Assembly: GCA_028826165.1 (NCBI GenBank)
Contig: JAPDFW010000070.1
Coordinates: forward strand, 1-64,000
Length of the DNA: 64,000 nucleotides
From: Anaeramoeba ignava BMAN
Lineage: Eukaryota > Protista > Anaeramoebae
Reading direction: 5' to 3'
In this document: positions 36,951 through 49,419 of the stretch, piece by piece
How the letters are laid out: every line of letters begins with the position of its first letter
Numbering within the stretch: the first letter of the stretch is position 1
Position numbers and translations under genes: made by a program
The notes under the pieces: model-generated
What the model was told of the DNA's origin: nothing
What the model saw: the letters and a program-made list of their open reading frames with translations, nothing else
The model's database searches: none

Positions 36951-38252
36951 ATGTTAAACAATCAATTAAATTCTTTTCCAAAAGAAATTCAATATTTAAT
37001 TAAAGAAATAGCAATGATAAAATATCCAAAATCAATAGATTTTCAACAAATTTTAAAATTTGAACCAGAAATATTAATTGAAATATTAATTGAAATTCTT
37101 CAATATCTAATTTCACGTCTTTCAAAACAAATTTTATTTACAAAAAATTATTCTTTTCAACAAACAAATAATAATCAAGAATTTATTCAAGAAATTTATC
37201 ATTTATTAGAATATCAATTTAATGAAAAACCAATTATAACAATCGAACAATTCTTTTCAAATTATTTTTCAATTCAAAAAATTGGAATGGTTGCAAGAAT
37301 TCTTTCTCTTTGTCGATATCAACATAACAAAATAGTGCGTTACAATCGAGAACAGAATAAAAATAATCAAAATCAAAATCAAAATCAAAATCAAAATCAA
37401 ATTGAAAATCAAAATCAAAATTTAAATCAAAATCAAATTGAAAATCAAAATCAAATTGAAAATCAAAATCAAAATTTAAATCAAAATTTAAATCAAAATC
37501 AAAATCAAAATCAAAATCAAAATCAAAATCAAAATCAAAATTTAAATCAATTTGAAAATAAAATTGAAAATCAATTTGAAAATCAAATCCAAATTCGGAA
37601 TATAAAAAATATCAAGAATAAAAGACATAATTCAACAGATTTAATAAATATAAAACAATTACAATATAAAAAAAAAGAATTATTTCAAGCCTTAAAAAAC
37701 GCTAATCAAGAACATGAACAAAAAACACCCACAAAAAATCAAAACGAACAAAGAGTTCGTTGGCAAAGTCCTGTTGTAAGCCATATTTATAGTAATCATA
37801 AACATCATATAAATAAAAATCTTGAAAAAAATTCAACAGAAGATCATTATCAAAAAACTTTGAACACTTTAACAAATTTTATTGAACAACAATTCCAAAT
37901 GTTAGCTTTAAAATTTGATTCTTCAAATCATAAACTCAATCATTCTTTGAAAGTTCTTGATTTAAAAGTATCTAATTTGGAAAATGACATGAAAGAAGTG
38001 AAAAAATATATTTTATCAAATAATAATAATAATAATTCTTTATTAAATCAAAAACAACATTCCAAAATCAAAAATCAAACTGATGATAAATTAAATATCA
38101 ATTCTAAATTTTTTCAAAAAAATCAAAATCAACAAAATATTGTATCAGATTCTCAAAAACAATTTAATGAAACTGATGAATTTCTTCAAACTTTAAAAAC
38201 TGAATCAAATTTATCCCAATTTTTAAATAATTTTAAAAAACTTAATTATTAA
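36951..38252 (+). CDS. CEP44: CEP44-like centrosomal protein (N-terminal CEP44 domain, NQ repeat, coiled coil)
   Basis: IKYPKSIDF..EFIQEIYHLLEYQFNEKPIITIEQFF..FSIQKIGMVARIL...HNKI aligns by eye with the recalled human CEP44 segment [47 protein letters not shown]..HKEL. Confidence 0.78.
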   Translation: MLNNQLNSFPKEIQYLIKEIAMIKYPKSIDFQQILKFEPEILIEILIEILQYLISRLSKQILFTKNYSFQQTNNNQEFIQEIYHLLEYQFNEKPIITIEQFFSNYFSIQKIGMVARILSLCRYQHNKIVRYNREQNKNNQNQNQNQNQNQIENQNQNLNQNQIENQNQIENQNQNLNQNLNQNQNQNQNQNQNQNQNLNQFENKIENQFENQIQIRNIKNIKNKRHNSTDLINIKQLQYKKKELFQALKNANQEHEQKTPTKNQNEQRVRWQSPVVSHIYSNHKHHINKNLEKNSTEDHYQKTLNTLTNFIEQQFQMLALKFDSSNHKLNHSLKVLDLKVSNLENDMKEVKKYILSNNNNNNSLLNQKQHSKIKNQTDDKLNINSKFFQKNQNQQNIVSDSQKQFNETDEFLQTLKTESNLSQFLNNFKKLNY

Positions 38253-38404
38253 GATTTCTTGCAAAAAAAAAAAGCAACTGAAACAAAAAAGAAAGAATTT
38301 GTTATTGTATTTTTTTTTTCTTTTTTCTTTTTCTGTTTATTTTTTTTTTTTGAAATAAAAATTTTTTTTCATTTTTTTTTTTTTTTCATTTTTTTTTAAA
38401 ATAA

Positions 38405-41097
38405 ATGAGTGATCCTGATATTTATATTGAAAAACAAGATTTAGAATTACAAAGAGAATCATTATTTTCAAAAGATTCTCAACCCAAAATTGAAAAACAA
38501 ATTGAAAATGAAAATCAAAATCAAAATGAAAATCAAAATGAAAATCAAAATGAAAATCAAAATCAAAATGAAAATGAAAATCAAAATCAAAATCAAAATG
38601 AAAATGAAAATAAAATTGAAAATGAAAATGAAAATGAAAAATATGAAGAAGAAAGAAATATTCTTTTTGAACATCCAAAACCAAATTTAAAAAAAAATCA
38701 ACAAAAAGAAGAAAACTTTCAAAATATTGAAATTAATTTGAATTTAGAAAATATAAACATAACAACGCAAGATATTAATTTTGATCAAATGGATGGTTTG
38801 TATTTAAAATTAATCAAATAAAATGAAGAGAAAATAATTACAAAAAATAAAAAATAAAACAATTTTTTTTTCAAAACAAAAAAAGATGATATCAAAAAAT
38901 TTCAACAAGAACCATTAATTAAAGAAGCATTAGAAAAAGGAGTTGATATGAGAAAATACTCAAGACAAATTGAAAATGATTTAAATAAATTAGAATTTGA
39001 ATCAATTGAGGATTATATTGAGGAATCAAAAAATTTAACAAATTTACATCAAGAAATTCAGTCATGCGATTCAGTTCTTTCTACAATGGAACAAATGCTA
39101 AATGTATTTCAGGAAAATTTAGGTACTATTGCCTCAGAAATTAAAAGTTTGCAAGAAGAAAGTATTTTAATAAATATTCAGTTGGTAAACAGAAAGAAAA
39201 TGGAATCACATTTATCCGATTTTATTGAAAAAATTGGAATATCACCTTCATTAATTAAGCATATTGTCAATGATGAAGTCAATGAAAAATATATAAAGCA
39301 TTTAAAAATACTAAATCAAAAAGTGAATTTTATTCAAGCTCAAAAAAAAATCAAAATCAAAATCAAAATCAAATCATTTCAATTGAAGAAGTTATTAAAC
39401 CTTTAAAGGATATCTGCCATAAGGCTGTGCTTAAATTGAGAGTCTTTCTCTTGAAAAAAATTCACTCTTTTAAAAAACCACGAACAAATATTCAAATCAC
39501 AAAACAAGACTTGTTGTTGAAATACAGCTATTTTATGCATTTCATTCGTGCTTATTCAAAACAAGTTTACCAAGAAATTTCTGGTTTGTATAAGGAATCA
39601 TTGAGCAAGATTTTCCAGGATTATTTCCGCACTTACATTAAGAATATCCACAAAATTCATCAAGAAGTTGCGAATAGTGATGATTTACTTGGCAATAAAT
39701 TTCTTGCGAAAAAAATGACAAGTTTTAAAACAAGCAAAAATGTTTTTAGTCTTGGGAATCGTGGAGATATCTTGAAAACAAAAAGCAAACCGATAATCCC
39801 ACATATTGTCTCAAAAAACAAGCAATATTTATCATACGAGCACATTTTCCAAAGTACAAACTCATTGCTCATTGATATTGCAAACTCAGAATATTTGTTC
39901 ACAAACGATTTCTTTAACAATCCATTAATGGCAAGTGAGATTTTGGAGTCGTCAACAAAAATAATTGAGGAGGAGTTTACAAACTACTTAAGTTCTTCAT
40001 ATGATTCAATTGGTATTTTTATTATGATTAGAATTATTTACAGGAATCGAAGAATGATGAAGAAGAAAAATATTTCTCTTCTTGACTCCTATTTTGAGGA
40101 TTTGACAAAAAGTTTTTGGGCAAGATTCCAGTTTGTAATGCAAGAAAATATAAACAGTTTAAAATATGTTAGTGAGGGAGTAATCACACCACAAAACCAA
40201 ACAAATTCAAAAACAAATGAAAATGAAAATGAAAATAATCAAAATAATCAAAATAATCAAAATAATCAAAATCAAAATAATATTGATTCCAAATTGGTCA
40301 CAAGTAATATCATGAAGGATATGAAATCAACCACAAATATTTCACCTCATTTTATCACAAGAAAATATTCTGAATTTATTTGTTCGCTTCTTTTACTAAA
40401 CAACAAATTCAGTCACCAAGTTGTGAAAAATCTTCTTCAAAATCTTCGAATTGAAATGGAATTATTTTTGAACAAAATTGCAACAATTTTTCCAAATTTA
40501 AAAGATCAAGCCTTACTTTTGATTAATAATTATGATTTGGTAATTTCTGTTTTGAATAGCAATCACATTGTTTCAGAAGAAACCCAAAGATTTACAGAAT
40601 TATTAGAAGAACAAAGAGGAATTTATGCTGAAGAAGTTTTAAAAAATTATTTTCCGAAATTAGTTAAATTTGTAATGACAATCGAATCAAAATTACAATC
40701 TTTTGAAAAGAAAAAAAACCCTAAAAACAATTTGAATGAAAATGAAAATGAAAATGAAAATGAAAATGAAAAACAAAATGAAAATGAAAAAGAAAAACTT
40801 GATCCAAAAAATATTATTGATGTTTCATCTGTTCAAAATGTACTTCAAGATTTTGCAAAAAATTGGAAGAAATCAATGGGTGAAATTAATCAAGAAATTC
40901 TTCAAAATTTTAGTAATTATACAAATGGTTCTGTTGCTCTTAAACTTGTTATTGGTCAAATGATGATTTATTATTCTCGTTTATTAGAGTTGATTAAAAA
41001 AATTTTTGGAAATGATAAAAGATTTTTAAAATATACAATTAATCTTTCAACAATTAGTTATGAAGTTAAAAGAATATGCACAACTTTGATTGATTAA
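38405..41097 (+). CDS. VPS52: Vps52 (GARP/EARP tethering subunit); intron 38796-38885; 1-nt frameshift in the poly-A/NQ repeat at ~39345
   Basis: EALEKGVDMRKYSRQIE..SIEDYI.ES..LHQEIQSCD.VL..MEQML..FQ.NLG.I.SEI..LQ, KPRTNIQI..LLKY, PHFITRKYSEF, LINNYDL, F.NYTNG. Confidence 0.93.
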
Positions 41098-41261
41098 AAA
41101 TGATTAATTTTTCTTTTTTTTCTTTTAAAAAAAATTAATTAAAAATCAAATTTCTTTCTTTCTTTCTTTCTTTTTAAAAAGAAAAATTTTTTAATTAATT
41201 TTTGATTTTAATTTTGATTTTTTTGAATTTTGATTTTTTTTGAATTTTGGAAAGTATTTGA

Positions 41262-44200
41262 TTAAAAATCTGTGGAATTTTTTGACATAGAATTTGAATC
41301 CAAATTATTTTTTTGATTTGAATCCAAATTTGATTTAATTTTTTCATATTTTGATTGTAAACCAGCTTCTTCTTGAGATAAAGTGGAAATAAATTCATAA
41401 AAACACCAGTTGCTCCAACCAACAGAATTTTGAGAACGAACACGAACATAATAATTTGAGTCATAATCCAAATTTTGGATTTTATAATTTACAATTTGTT
41501 GGTCAACATGATAAACAAAAAGTTTTCTTTTACGTTCATCATAAATCTCCATTTCGAATGTTGTTATTGCTTCTCCATTAGAATCGGGTAATTTCCAAGA
41601 AATATCAATAGTTCGCGAGGAGCGATGTTGAACATCAATTTTATATATTGTTGAGGGTTCTGTGGGGTTTTCAGTTTTTATATTTATTGATTTGGACCAT
41701 TCCCCATTTCCAAAAAAATTTTGGGCAGAAACTCGAAGTGAGTATACAACTTTTGGAATAAGTCTTTTGATAGTAATATCAAAGCCTGTTGAGTGTTGAA
41801 TCTTCTTCTTGATCGATCCGTCTTCGGATTTGATTTCAACCAAGTATCGTGTGACTGGATCGTAAGACTCAGGCTTTGTCCAAACAAGGGTCATTGAAGT
41901 TGGTGAACGAGCTGCGCATTGAAAGAACTCAACCTTTGAAGGAAGAAGTAAATTTTTGGAAGCTCCCTGAAATGCAATTAAGAAGATGATGAATTTTTTA
42001 AGTGTTTATATATCAAATATTTAGGTATTGGATATTAAATTAAAGATTAAATTAAATTTTGAGTTGATTTTTTAAATGTGATTTTTTTTCCGATTTACAT
42101 AAAGTAATTGTTTGCAAAATTGATCAGTAGTAATATCAACCGCAGTTTTTTTATCAAGATTTTTTGCAGAAAGATTTGCGCCGAATTTGATCATATATCT
42201 GAGTCCGTTGAGGCTACTTTTCTTAGCAGCATAGATCAAGGGAGTGCGGTCATAAGAATCAACAACATTTGGATCAAATTTATTGGATTGAAGCAAAGTT
42301 CTTAAACAGTCATATCGCCTATATTTTATTGCGAGATGAATCTCTGTGAAAGTATGCGGAACGCAGACATCGTCCAAAAGCAGTCTGCTCTGGCGATCTT
42401 TTTCGGAAATATTTTGAGAATTTTTAAAAAAAGCATATTTTAGAAAATAGCTAACAATCTCTGCATAGTCTCCATGGAGAATAGCTATATAAAGTATTGA
42501 GTGGTTGTCGTATTTTTCGTTAACACGAGCACCGTGCTGGATGAGCAGTTTAATCACGTCCAAATTCCCTGATTGAGCCGCCAAATGCAATGGGGTTTTG
42601 CCGTCAGTTTTGCATTTGTTGATTGTATCTTGGGTCATTTCTGGGTGATTAAGAAGAGCATCGACACAACTTCTGTTGCCGATGATTGATGCGAAATGAA
42701 GAAGGCTTGTTCCTTGCCAATTCATAATATCGATCTGTGCTCCTTTCTCGAGTAAGATGCTGACAAGTTGGAGACTTTCGTATCTTACTGCAAGAAAAAT
42801 GGGACTAAATCCTCTCGAGTTTTGCGCGTTAATATTTGCGCCGTGATCAAGAAGGTACATTATGCTTTCTGCGCTCTGGCCTACAACTGCCTGGTGAAGA
42901 GCTGTGTTTTGATACTTGTCTTGTATGTTGATGTCAAGTTTTTTCTTTTCGATTAAATACTTTAATGCTGGAATGTTGTTGAAAATTGCTGCTATGTGAA
43001 CTCCAGATATTGAATATGCTTTTTCTGCTTCCGTTTTTTCTTCTGCTTTGTAAATTTTATCTGCTTCTTCTTCATTGAAATTATTTTTGATAATTAATGT
43101 GTTTAAAGGACCCAAATTAAGATAACTCTTTAAATATTTAAATAAATATTTTAAATATAAATATTTTAAATATAAATATTTTAAATATAAATATATTAAA
43201 TATAAATATTTTAAATATAAATATAAATATAAATATAAATATAAATATAAATATAAATATAAATATAAATATAAATATAAATATAAATATAAATATTTTA
43301 AATATAAATAAATATATTTTAAATATAAATATAAATATAAATATAAATATAAATATAAATATAAATATAAAATATAAATATAAAATAAATAAATATAAAT
43401 ATTTTAAATTATAAAATATAAAATATTTTAAATATAAATATTTAAAATATAAATTTAAATAAAAATATTTTAAAAATAATTTTAAATATAAATATAAAAT
43501 ATAAAATATTTTTAAAATATAAATATAAATATAAAATATTTTAAATATAAATATTTTAAATATAAATATTTTAAAATATAAATATTTTAAATATAAATAA
43601 AATATTTTAAATATAAATATTTTAAATATAAATATTTTTAAATATAAATATTTTAAATATAAATATTTTAAATATAAATATTTTTAAATATAAATATTTT
43701 AAAAATATAAATATAAATATAGAATATAAATATAAATATAAATATTTTTAAATATAAATATTTTAAATATAAATATTTTTAAATATAAATATTTTAAATA
43801 TAAATATAAATATTTTAAATATAAATATTTTAAAATATAAATATAAATATTTTAAATATAAATATTTTTTAAATATAAATATTTTTAAATATAAATATTT
43901 TAAATATAAATATTTTAAATATAAATATTTTAAATAAATATAAATATAAATATAAATAATATAAATATTTTAAATATAAATATTTTAAATTTAAATATTT
44001 TAAATATAAATATTTTAAATATAAATATTTTAAATATAAATATTATAAATATAAATATTTTAAATATAAATATAAATATTTTAAATATAAATATTTTTAA
44101 ATATAAATATTTTAAATATAAATATTTTAAATATAAATATTTTAAATATAAATATAAATATAAATATAAATATAAATATAAATATAAATATTTTAAATAT

Positions 44201-44533
44201 AAATATTTTAAATATAAATATAAATAAATCTGTTAAAATTACATAAATAATTTTTAAACATTGATTGTTCTGAATTAAAACTAAATCAACAGGTGTATTT
44301 CCAGAACTTTCTTTCAAAGAAAGATCAGCAGAATTAGCAAGAAGTTCTTTGACACAATCAGTATAATTATTCAAACAGGCAAGATGTAAAGCAGTCCATC
44401 CATCTTTTTTAACAGCATTTACACATGAAATATCTTTAAATATTTCTCTTTTAATCCCATTTGCATCTCCATCTCTTGCATAATAATGAATTTGTTTCCA
44501 ATCATTTTCTGTTTTATTTTCAATTTCACTCAT
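41262..44533 (-). CDS. Ankyrin-repeat protein with two C-terminal fibronectin type III domains (exons 44533-44243, 43127-~42099, 41966-41262)
   Basis: GWTALHLAC, NTALHQAV, GKTPLHLAAQSG and RTPLIYAAK ankyrin motifs. FN3 motifs: LVWTKP..YSLRVSAQNFFGNGEWS and ISWKLPDSNG..YYVRVRSQNSVGWSNW. Confidence 0.88.
43130..44230. repeat. (TAAATA)n / TAAATATTTTAAATA intronic satellite
   Basis: Read directly. Confidence 0.9.
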
Positions 44534-44862
44534 TTTTTATTATTTAAAAAAAAAAAGAAAAAAAAGAAAAAAATGAAAAATGAAAAATGAAAAATGAAAA
44601 ATGAAATTAATTTTTGTTTTTAATTTTTGTTTTTAATTTTTGAAAGTTTTCATTTCTTTCAAAAAAAAAATTCCAAAAAGAAAAAATGTTGATGATTGTT
44701 TGTTGAAAAAAAAGAAAAAAAAAAACGGAAAAGTTGAAAAAAAAAATTTTTTTCTTTTTGTGATTTTTTTTTAGATTAATTTTTTCTTTTTTGTTTTGTT
44801 TTGTTTAAATTTGGTTCTTTTTTGTTTTGTTTTGTTTAAAGTTCTTTTTTGTTTTGTTTTTT

Positions 44863-47583
44863 TTAAAGTTCTTTTTTGTTTTGTTTTTTAGGTTTTTGAT
44901 CATCAACCCATTCAAAAGTTTGCCAAGGGAAATCATAAGTATCAGGAAGACCAACATGTTCAAAAATAAATGGACAAGTTGAAAATTTAAAAACTGGTTG
45001 ATCATCATAAGTAGGTGATGAAATTGCATAAACAGTCATATTCTGTGCTGATTCATAACTAACAATTTTTGAATCTAATCCTCCAAAGGCTTCTCTTCTT
45101 GATGTATTAAGTGGTTTAAGATCATATCTACTGCAAGGTGCATTGCCTGGATCATATAAACTTAATGGATCTGTTTTCCATTGATTATATCTCATAATTT
45201 TTTTCATATCTTCTAATGTTTGAATTTCACTTGAATTTCTTCTAAAAATTTTTGCTCTTGAACAATTTACATCTTTTATTAAATTAAATTAGATTAAAAT
45301 AAAATAGATTAAAATTGAAATTAAAATTAAATTAAAATTAAAATTAAATTAAAATTAAAATTAAAATTAAATTATTAAATTGAAATCAAAATTAAAATTA
45401 AATTAAAATTAAATATTTAAATTAAATTATTAAATTATTAAATTAAAATTAAAATTAAATTAAAATTAAATTAAATATTTAAATTAAATTAAAATTAAAT
45501 TAAAATTAAATTAAAATTAAATTAAATTAAAATTAAATATTTAAATTAAATATTGCTAAATACAAGACCAGAAATCTCCATATTCTTTAACCATTGCAGG
45601 ATAACCAGTAATATTAAAAATAATCTCAAAAGAAGGAATATTATAAGATGGAACATAAGTTTGATTAATTAAAGTATCAGTAATATCATCACTAACAATC
45701 ATTCCAGGAACTTGTTCAAGACACCAAAGTGTATTTTCTTTAGGTTTAGTTCCTGGTGTAAATTGTTTATAATCAAGAATAAGCCATTGATTATTATAAC
45801 TTCCTGAATTTTCTCTTGAAAATATTAAAGCCCAATCTGGTGCTGTATCAGCCATTGAATGTGCAATTCTAACTCTCATCCATTCTAAAATGCATTTTGG
45901 TTGAACTAAATCATATAAAGACATATTAAAAATATCAAATGTTGTTTCAAGTGCTGCTAATCCTGTATCAAGAATATAATGATCATCAAAACTAAATAAT
46001 AAACCAGGATATGAACTAAATGAAAGTTTGTGGCATTTAATAAATGGATCATTGAGATTGAATTCATAATGTTTAAATATTCTATTCATGCTTCCTAAAG
46101 TAAACCAAGCATCCTGAGCTACAAAAATATCAGAATAATTATCAGCTAATTTGATAAATCCTGTACAATGATCAAATCCAAAATGTCTCATCATAATTTC
46201 ATCTTCTGTCATTTCTTCAATTTTGGGTCGTGTTTCTGGTGATGCTGCTGTTGCGAGATCAAGTAAATCACCTGCTGAATTATACATAAAAAGATCTAAT
46301 TCTGTTAATTTTTCACCTGAATCATAGTATTTTTGATATCCTTCAACTAATCCTTCAAATTGATCTAAAATATATCCTGTTGCTTGCCAATATGGATCTT
46401 CTGCTGCATATTTTTTAATATTATTTTTTGTATAATTTAAATTATCTTCAAGAAATTTGTATAATGAAGGTGACCATATTTTATTAGGAGCATAATGATT
46501 TAACATCCAATCAAAAATCTTTTTTTAATTTTAATTTTAATTTTAATTTAATTTTTAATATTGATTTTAATTTTTAATTTTAATTTTAATATTGATTTTA
46601 ATTTTAATTTTAATTTTATTTTTAATTTTAATTATGATTTTAATTATGATTTTAAATTTTTAATTTTGATTTTAATTTTAATTTTAATTATAATTATAAT
46701 TATAATTTTAATTTTAATTTTAATTTTAATTTTAATTTTAATTTTAATTTTAATTTTAATTTTAATTTTAATTTTAATTTTAATTAATTTTAATTTTAAT
46801 TTTAATTTTAATTTTAATTTTTAATTTTAATTTTAATTTTAATTTTAATTTTAATTTTAATTTTGATTTTTAATTTTGATTTTAATTTTTGATTTTAATT
46901 TTGATTTTAATTTTAATTTTAATTTTAATTAATTTTAATATTAATTTTAATATTAATTTTAATTTTAATTTTAATTTTAATTTTAATTATTTTAAATTTA
47001 ATTTTAATTTTGATTTTAATTTTAATTTTGATTTTAATTTTAATTTTAATTTTAATTTTAATTTTAATTTTAATTTTAATTTTGATTTTAATATTAATTT
47101 TAATTTTAATTAATTTTAATTTTAATTTTAAAGAAAAATACATTATGTCGATGTTGGAAAATTCCTAATAAATTGAAAATAGAAAAATTTAATTAACAAA
47201 ATAAATATAAAATAAATATAAATTGAAAACTTACTTGAATGAGTTAAAGCACCTTCTAAATAACCAGCTGCATGCATTTGAACACTATCAGGATAAGATG
47301 GATTTGTATAAACATTTAATTGGCCCCATCCTTTTTAAATTTAAATTCAAAATTTTTAATTCGAAAATTAAAATTAAAATTAAAAAATAATAAAAAATAA
47401 AAAATAAAAAATACCAATTAAATCTAAAGAATCATTATAAGAACCCCAAGCTGCTCCATTAAAATCATAACTTCCTTTTATAAGAGAATATTGACCGTTT
47501 TGATAATAAACAGTTGCTTTTTGAGAATTTATAAATGAAAAGCAAAATAAAGTAAAAATGATAATTTGAATTAAATCTTTCAT
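44863..47583 (-). CDS. Phospholipase B-like (PLBD/LAMA, Ntn-hydrolase) precursor, copy 1; 5 exons including a 23-nt microexon
   Basis: Signal peptide, GWGQL, AAGYLEGALT, HCTG (N-terminal nucleophile Cys), FSSYPG..SFDDHY, ETT, NSGSYNNQW, LEQVPG, PSYNIP, RAKIFRR, MRYN, GGLDSK. Confidence 0.93.
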
Positions 47584-47699
47584 TTTATTATTATTGTTTA
47601 TTAAAAAAAAATGAAAAAAAAAATGAAAAAAAAAAATGAAAAAAAAATTTTTTATTTAAAAAAAAAAGGAGAAAAAAAAATAAAAGGAGAAAAAATTGT

Positions 47700-49360
47700 T
47701 TTATTTTAAATTTAATAACAAATCAATTAAATTAAATCAATTAAATTAAATGTGGAATTTGGAATATATTCTTTTTATTTTAATAATAATTTTAAATTTA
47801 ATAACAAATCAATAATTAAATAAAATTAGATTAAATGTGGAATTTGGAATATATTCTTTTATTTTAATAATAATCTTAAATTTAATAACAAATCAATTAA
47901 ATTAAATCAATTAGATTAAATGTGGAATTTGGAATATATTCTTTTTATTTTAATAATAATTTTAAATTTAATAACAAATCAATTAAATAAAATTAAATTA
48001 AATATGGAATTTGGAATATATTCTTTTTATTTTAATAACAATCCTAAATTTAATAACAAATCAATTAAATCAAAATAAATTAAATTAAATGTGGAATTTG
48101 GAATATATTCTTTTTATTTTAATAATAATCTTTAATTTAATAACAAATCAATAATTAAATAAAATTAGATTAAATGTGGAATTTGGAATATATTCTTTTA
48201 TTTTAATAACAATTTTAAAATTTAATGATTAAATTAAATGGAATTTGGAATATATTCTTTTAATAATAATCTTAAATTTAATAACAAATCAATTTAAATG
48301 TGGAATTTGGAATTTTTATTTTAATAATAATCCTAAATTTAATAACTAATCAATTAAATCTAATCAATAATTAAATTAAATCAAAATAGATTAAATATGG
48401 AATTTGGAATATATTCTTTTTGTTTTAATAATAATTTTAAATTTAATAACAAATCAATTAAATAAAATCAAATAAATTAAATATGGAATTTGGAATATAT
48501 TCTTTTATTTTAATAATAATCTTCAATTTAATAACAAATCAATTAAATAAAATCAATTAAATTAAATGTGGAATTTGGAATATATTCTTTTATTTTAATA
48601 ATAATTTTCAATTTAATAACAAATCAATTAAATAAAATTAGATTAAATGTGGAATTTGGAATATATTCTTTTTATTTTAATAATAATCTTAAATTTAATA
48701 ACAAATCAATTAAATAAAATTAGATTAAATGTGGAATTTGGAATATATTCTTTTATTTTAATAATAATCTTAAATTTGATAACAAATCAATTAAATCTAA
48801 TCAATTAGATTAAATGTGGAATTTGGAATATATTCTTTTATTTTAATAATAATTTTCAATTTGATAACAAATCAATAATTAAATCAAAATAGATTAAATA
48901 TGGAATTTGGAATATATTCTTTTTATTTTAATAATAATCTTCAATTTAATAACAAATCAATAAATAAATCTAATCAAATAAATTAAATGTGGAATTTGGA
49001 ATATATTCTTTTTATTTTAATAATAATCTTAAATTTAATAACAAATCAATTAAATTAATAAAATTAAATTAAATGTGGAATTTGGAATATATTCTTTTAT
49101 TTTAATAATAATCTTCAATTTAATAACAAATCAATAAATAAATAAAATTAAATTAAATGTGGAATTTGGAATATATTCTTTTTATTTTAATAATAATCTT
49201 CAATTTAATAACAAATCAATAAATAAATCTAATCAATTAAATGTGGAATTTGGAATATATTCTTTTTATTTTAATAATAATTTTAAATTTAATAACAAAT
49301 CAATTAAATAAATCTAATCAAATAAATTAAAATAGATTAAATATGGAATATGGAATATTT
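47700..49360. repeat. Minisatellite, ~80-86-bp unit, ~20 copies, between the two PLB genes
   Basis: The core 'aaat(g/a)tggaatttggaatatattcttttt-attttaataataat...aatttaataacaaatcaat' recurs at ~47752, 47837, 47922, 48004, 48091 ... 49243 and 49343. Confidence 0.95.
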
Positions 49361-49419
49361 TCAATTAAAGTTCTTTTTTGATTTGTTTTTTAGATTAAAT
49401 TTGTTTCTTTTTGTTTTTT

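Noticed and set aside
39340-39430. Vps52 as a split gene or pseudogene
   Set aside because: Adding one A to the poly-A run restores QKKNQNQNQNQIISIEEV..KAVLKLR; this is a typical homopolymer error.
47700-49360. CRISPR-like repeat/spacer array
   Set aside because: The 'spacers' are variants of one another, the repeat is too long and imperfect, there are no cas genes, and the context is eukaryotic.
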